Below, piece after piece: positions 60,306-64,000 of a DNA stretch of 64,000 nucleotides. Location of the stretch: the NCBI GenBank assembly GCA_045807245.1, contig JBJMHS010000074.1:21026-85025 (forward strand), given 5' to 3'. Under the pieces are notes generated by a model, which worked only from the letters and a program-made list of their open reading frames with translations, had not been told where the DNA came from and did no database searches. A program made the translations under genes and the position numbers. This stretch comes from Actinomycetales bacterium (lineage in GTDB: Bacteria; Actinomycetota; Actinomycetes; Actinomycetales; CAVURS01). Within the stretch, counting starts at the first letter, position 1. Every line of letters starts with the position of its first letter.

Positions 60306-61639
60306 CATCCCACCCGGCCCGATCCACGAGGCCCCTCGTCGCGCTCCTCACGGCGTCGGGCGTGTCCCTCATCGGCACGCGCCTGTCGGTCATCGCCCTG
60401 CCGCTGTTCGTCCTCATCACGACCGGGTCGGCGACGCGCACCGGCCTGGTGGCCTTCGTCGAGATGACGCCGCTGGTGCTCGCGCAAGCGGCCGCCGGTC
60501 CGATCACCGACCGCATCGGGCCCCGACGGGTGAGCATCGTGAGCGACCTGGTGAGCGGGGCTGTGATGGCGCTGATCCCGATCCTGCACGCAGTCGACCG
60601 GCTGACCTTCCCCGTCCTGCTGGCGATCGTCGGACTGCTCGGGCTAGCGCGCGGTCCGGGCGACGGCGCCAAGTACGTCATGGTCCCCGGCATCGCCGAG
60701 GCGAGCGGTCAGCCGCCGGAGCGCGTCCTCGGGCTCGAGGACAGCATGTCCCGCGCCTCCAGCATCCTCGGACCGCTCGGAGCGGCCGCACTGGTGGCCG
60801 GCCTCGGTGCCCCGACCGCGATCGCGTTCGACGCCGGGTCGTTCGTCGTGGCCGCACTCGTGGTGGCGGTGGGGGTCCGGCCGCCGGTGGGCAGCGCCGC
60901 GTCGTCGGCGGACTCCGACCCCGCCCCGTACCTGCGGCGCCTCGGGTCGGGCCTGGCCTTCGTCCGCCAGGACCGGCTGCTGCGCTCCATCGTGTACATG
61001 GTCGGCACGACGAACCTGCTCGACCAGGCCCTGTCCACGGTCCTGGTCGTCGTATGGGCTCGCTGGCAGGGCGGCGGCGCCGGCCTGATGGGCCTGGTCG
61101 CCGCCTCGATGGGCCTGGGCTCGGTGATCGGCGCACTGACCGCCGCCTCGGTCGGCCACCGCCTGCCGCGCCGCACGACGTACACCTGGTCGTTCTTCGT
61201 CGTGGGCGGGCCGCGGTTCCTCGTGCTGGGGCTCGGCGCGCCGCTGTGGGTCGTGCTGCCCGTGCTCTTCGTCGGCGGTCTGGGCGCCGGCACCCTGAAC
61301 CCGATCCTCGGCGCCGTGGAGCTCGAGCGGGTCCCGGTGCATCTGCGGGCGCGCGTCATGTCGGTCCTGACCAGCGCGTCGCAGGTGCTCGTGCCGTTCG
61401 GCGGTGTCGTGGGCGGCCTGCTGACCGAGCAGTTCGGGATCCGGGCAGCACTGCTGGCCTGCGCGGCGGTCTACACCTCGGCGACGCTCATGCCGCTGTT
61501 CGGCCGGCACTGGCGCGAGATGGACCGTCGGCCGGTGCGGGACCCCGACGGTTTCGCGCTCACCTCGGCGGACCCGCCGGACCCGGACGGTACGACGGCC
61601 GGCGTGTCCGCCACCGCCGGCGCGATTTCGTCGTCCTGA
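60302..61639 (+). CDS. MFS transporter
   Basis: 445-aa, 12-TM-like translation. The ATG overlaps the ArsR stop (ATGA). Confidence 0.85.
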   Translation: MTSHPARSTRPLVALLTASGVSLIGTRLSVIALPLFVLITTGSATRTGLVAFVEMTPLVLAQAAAGPITDRIGPRRVSIVSDLVSGAVMALIPILHAVDRLTFPVLLAIVGLLGLARGPGDGAKYVMVPGIAEASGQPPERVLGLEDSMSRASSILGPLGAAALVAGLGAPTAIAFDAGSFVVAALVVAVGVRPPVGSAASSADSDPAPYLRRLGSGLAFVRQDRLLRSIVYMVGTTNLLDQALSTVLVVVWARWQGGGAGLMGLVAASMGLGSVIGALTAASVGHRLPRRTTYTWSFFVVGGPRFLVLGLGAPLWVVLPVLFVGGLGAGTLNPILGAVELERVPVHLRARVMSVLTSASQVLVPFGGVVGGLLTEQFGIRAALLACAAVYTSATLMPLFGRHWREMDRRPVRDPDGFALTSADPPDPDGTTAGVSATAGAISSS

Positions 61640-61704
61640 GCTCGCTGCAGGCCCGGTGAATACTGGCCATCACCCGGAGACCAGGTCATCGCCGAGAGGA
61701 CGTC

Positions 61705-63798
61705 ATGGAGGACACCCCCTCTGCGCTGCCTGCCGCCGCCCGGCGGTCCCGGACGGCGATCACCCGGGTGCTCCTGGTCGTCGCCCTTGTGCTCGTGGCC
61801 GCCGCAGGTCTGGCCGGCCGGGCGGTCGCCGGCACGGAGGTCGCGACGGACCCGGCCACGGAGATGGCGACCGCGCCGCGCGTCGTCGTCATCGCGGTGC
61901 CTGACCTCCTGTGGAGCGACCTGTCGCCGTCGGCCACGCCGGCGCTGTGGGCTCTGCTCAGGCAGGGCGCGTCGGGGGCGCTCTCGGTCAAGTCGCGCTG
62001 GCAGCTGGCCGGCTGCGCCGACGGCTTGCTCACGCTGGGCGCAGGCGACCGGGCCGCCGCGGAGCGGTCGTCCGAACCGGCCCGGCCGTGTGCCGGCCCC
62101 ACCCCGACGGGCGCCAGCCCACCCGCCGGCGCCCTGGCCGCGGCGCTGCGCGCGCACGGCGTCCGTACGGCGGCCATCGGCGACGGCGCCACCATGGCCC
62201 TGCCCGGAGCCGACGTCACGGGTGCACTCGGCGCGGTGCCCCCACTCGACGAGGGGGCCGCCGTCATGGTTGCCGTCGACGACTCGGTCTACGCCGCCCC
62301 GCCGTCGGGCCGCGCGCAGGCCGTGCGCGGGGTCGACGCCCAGGTCGGCGCCCTGCTCGACCCGCTGCCCCCGACGACGACGGTCCTGCTGGTCGGCAGC
62401 AGCGACCGCCCGGCTGCGGCGGGCGGTGGTGCCGCGAACCCCGAGGCGCACCTGCACGTCGCGCTGGCGCGCGGCCCGGGTTTCCATCCCGGCTCGCTGC
62501 GCTCGCCCTCGACCAAGCGGGCGCCGTACGTCGAGCTGATCGATGTCGCCCCCACCGTCCTGTCGCTCGTCGGCGCACCGGTGCCGAGCGCCATGGTGGG
62601 CCGCGCCTGGGAGAGCGCAGGCGGCCCGGCCGGCGCAGCGCACCGGGCCGACGCGCTGCGCGACGTCGACGTCAAGGCGGTGCAGGGCGCGCACTGGCGC
62701 CCGGCCTTCATGTGGGCGCTCGGCGCGCTGGCCCTGCTGGTGGCGGTCGCCGCTCTGGCCGGGCTCGCAACCGCGGGACCACGGACCGCCGCCGCCACGT
62801 CGTACGCCTGCCTGCTCGTCGCTGCTCTGCCGGTCAGCTCCTGGCTGGTGCAGGCGGTGCCGTGGTGGCGGTGGAGCGGGCTCGTCCTGCCGGCACTGCT
62901 GCTGGCCGTCGCCGCCGTGATCGCCGGAGCGGCCACCATCGCCGGCCGGTCCAGGCCGGTCCTCGGCCTGGTGACGGTCACCGGCGTGAGCGCCGCCGTC
63001 CTGATGGCCGACCTGGTCACCGGGTCGAGGCTGCAGACCGCGGCGCTGCTGGGCGACTCGCCCATCACGGCCGGACGCTTCTACGGCGCCGGCAACACAG
63101 CCTTCGGCGTGCTCGCCGCATCGACCCTGCTCGGCACGGCCGTCGTGTTCGCCGCTCCGCCCACGAATGGCGGCAGCACGAGCCGGCGGGGAACGCGACC
63201 GCACTGGGCCCGGGCCGCCACGGCGGGAGTCGTGCTGCTCGCAGTCGGCGCCGTCGACGCCGCCCCCTCGCTCGGCGCCGACCTGGGCGGCGCCCTGTCC
63301 TACTTCCCGTCGGCGCTGGTCCTCGTCCTGCTGCTGACGGGCATCCGGCCGACGTTGGGCCGGGCCTCGGCCGCCCTAGCCGCCGGCGTCATCCTGGTTG
63401 CCGCGATCGCGGTCTGGGACTATCACCGCCCCGCGGGCCGCCGCACCCACATCGGCGACTTCGTGGCCGAGCTGCTCAACGGGCAGGCCGGGTCCGTGCT
63501 GCACCGCAAGGCGTCGGCGAACCTCGGTCAGCTCGGCTCGAGCCCGTTCCTACCGCTGCTCCTGGGCAGCGTCCTGATCGCCGTCGCGGCCCTGCGCTGG
63601 CAGCAGCCGCGGCTGCGGCGGCTGCTCGACCAGACCCCGGGGCTTGGCCCCGGCCTCGCCGTCGGGCTGCTCTGCGCGGTGCTCGGCGGCCTGCTGAACG
63701 ACTCCGGTGTCACCGTCACTGGCATCATGCTCTCGGTGGCTGTGCCGACGGTTGCGGCTCTCGCCGTGCGGGCGGCCTCCGACGACTCCGGCCCCTGA
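61705..63798 (+). CDS. Large membrane protein: N-terminal extracytoplasmic domain (alkaline-phosphatase-superfamily-like, tentative) plus a C-terminal polytopic domain
   Basis: A signal-anchor, about 300 aa containing VVVIAVPDLLW and ELIDVAPTVLSLVGAPVP, then about 9-10 TM helices. GAGAGGA SD. I recognise no named family. Confidence 0.6.
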   Translation: MEDTPSALPAAARRSRTAITRVLLVVALVLVAAAGLAGRAVAGTEVATDPATEMATAPRVVVIAVPDLLWSDLSPSATPALWALLRQGASGALSVKSRWQLAGCADGLLTLGAGDRAAAERSSEPARPCAGPTPTGASPPAGALAAALRAHGVRTAAIGDGATMALPGADVTGALGAVPPLDEGAAVMVAVDDSVYAAPPSGRAQAVRGVDAQVGALLDPLPPTTTVLLVGSSDRPAAAGGGAANPEAHLHVALARGPGFHPGSLRSPSTKRAPYVELIDVAPTVLSLVGAPVPSAMVGRAWESAGGPAGAAHRADALRDVDVKAVQGAHWRPAFMWALGALALLVAVAALAGLATAGPRTAAATSYACLLVAALPVSSWLVQAVPWWRWSGLVLPALLLAVAAVIAGAATIAGRSRPVLGLVTVTGVSAAVLMADLVTGSRLQTAALLGDSPITAGRFYGAGNTAFGVLAASTLLGTAVVFAAPPTNGGSTSRRGTRPHWARAATAGVVLLAVGAVDAAPSLGADLGGALSYFPSALVLVLLLTGIRPTLGRASAALAAGVILVAAIAVWDYHRPAGRRTHIGDFVAELLNGQAGSVLHRKASANLGQLGSSPFLPLLLGSVLIAVAALRWQQPRLRRLLDQTPGLGPGLAVGLLCAVLGGLLNDSGVTVTGIMLSVAVPTVAALAVRAASDDSGP

Positions 63799-63835
63799 CG
63801 ACGCGGGGACCGACGACACCGGCCGAGGAGCAGAC

Positions 63836-64000
63836 GTGGCAGTCGACACGCGGTCCGAGGCCACCACCTCGGGTCCGCGCCGCTCACGCCTGCGCGCCCT
63901 CCGGCTGCTGGTCCGTCACCCGTGGCTGCTCACGGCGGCCGCCTCGGCGGTGCTGCTGGCCCTGCCGCCGACCGGCGGTGACCTGGCTGCGCAGGAGTTC
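63836..64000 (+). CDS. 5' end of a membrane protein gene (truncated by the window edge)
   Basis: GTG at 63836 after a GAGGAG SD. It has high GC3 and a hydrophobic segment (WLLTAAASAVLLALPP). Confidence 0.35.
   Translation, partial: MAVDTRSEATTSGPRRSRLRALRLLVRHPWLLTAAASAVLLALPPTGGDLAAQEF

Noticed and set aside
61471-63204. 577-aa ORF antisense to the 697-aa membrane protein
   Set aside because: It is Arg/Gly/Asp-rich with no TM or domain pattern. The plus-strand frame has an SD, a signal-anchor and consistent GC3.

Overview
This is a 64-kb stretch of a high-GC chromosome (by eye about 70% G+C), most likely from an actinobacterium. It is densely coding, with only about 3 kb intergenic by my gene calls, and I saw no rRNA, tRNA, CRISPR array, transposase, integrase or prophage genes. 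All calls come from reading the ORF translations, third-position GC and the DNA by eye. No searches were run, so family names are recognition-level assignments.

Gene content in order:
- A nucleoside uptake and salvage operon: BMP-type ABC transporter, then cdd and deoA.
- An M20 amidohydrolase, the large subunit of a methylmalonyl-CoA-mutase-like enzyme, and a mannose-1-phosphate guanylyltransferase-like gene.
- A DD-carboxypeptidase interrupted by an in-frame TAG.
- A YihY protein, a 2H-phosphoesterase and trpS.
- A galactoside utilisation locus: GH36 alpha-galactosidase, CUT1 ABC transporter, GH42 beta-galactosidase, a DeoR regulator, galT and galK.
- An ECF41-type sigma factor carrying its signature promoter.
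- A small accessory-looking block: VOC protein, PPOX-like protein, SHOCT protein, a NarL-type two-component system, a frameshifted MFS pump and a LAFTG-anchored adhesin.
- A core block: icd, mdh, folD, purH, purN, a PerM-like membrane protein, sucCD, a stand-alone B12-binding subunit, an M23 peptidase and pcrA. As I recall, this order resembles the Mycobacterium tuberculosis Rv0949-Rv0957 neighbourhood.
- A PspC-domain envelope-stress module.
- A divergent pair of operons (divergon) of GT4 and NUDIX against PIG-L deacetylase, NUDIX and a nucleotidyltransferase.
- An ArsR-MFS pair behind an AT-rich nested palindrome.
- A 697-aa membrane protein of unusual architecture.

I did not find a clear defence island or mobile island. 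The observations most worth follow-up are:
1. A structured REP-like intergenic element present twice, plus a related CGTCGTACC motif concentrated in intergenic DNA.
2. The uncharacterised GT4/PIG-L/NUDIX/nucleotidyltransferase divergon.
3. The PspC-kinase module.
4. Two gene disruptions with clear molecular causes: a Tyr-to-TAG change and a 10-bp tandem duplication.
5. A TGTCACA-n16-CGTC promoter driving the ECF41 sigma gene itself.
6. A split mutase whose two subunit genes are unlinked, with the B12-binding subunit next to sucCD.
7. Stop-codon-laden tandem repeats filling two gaps between convergent genes.
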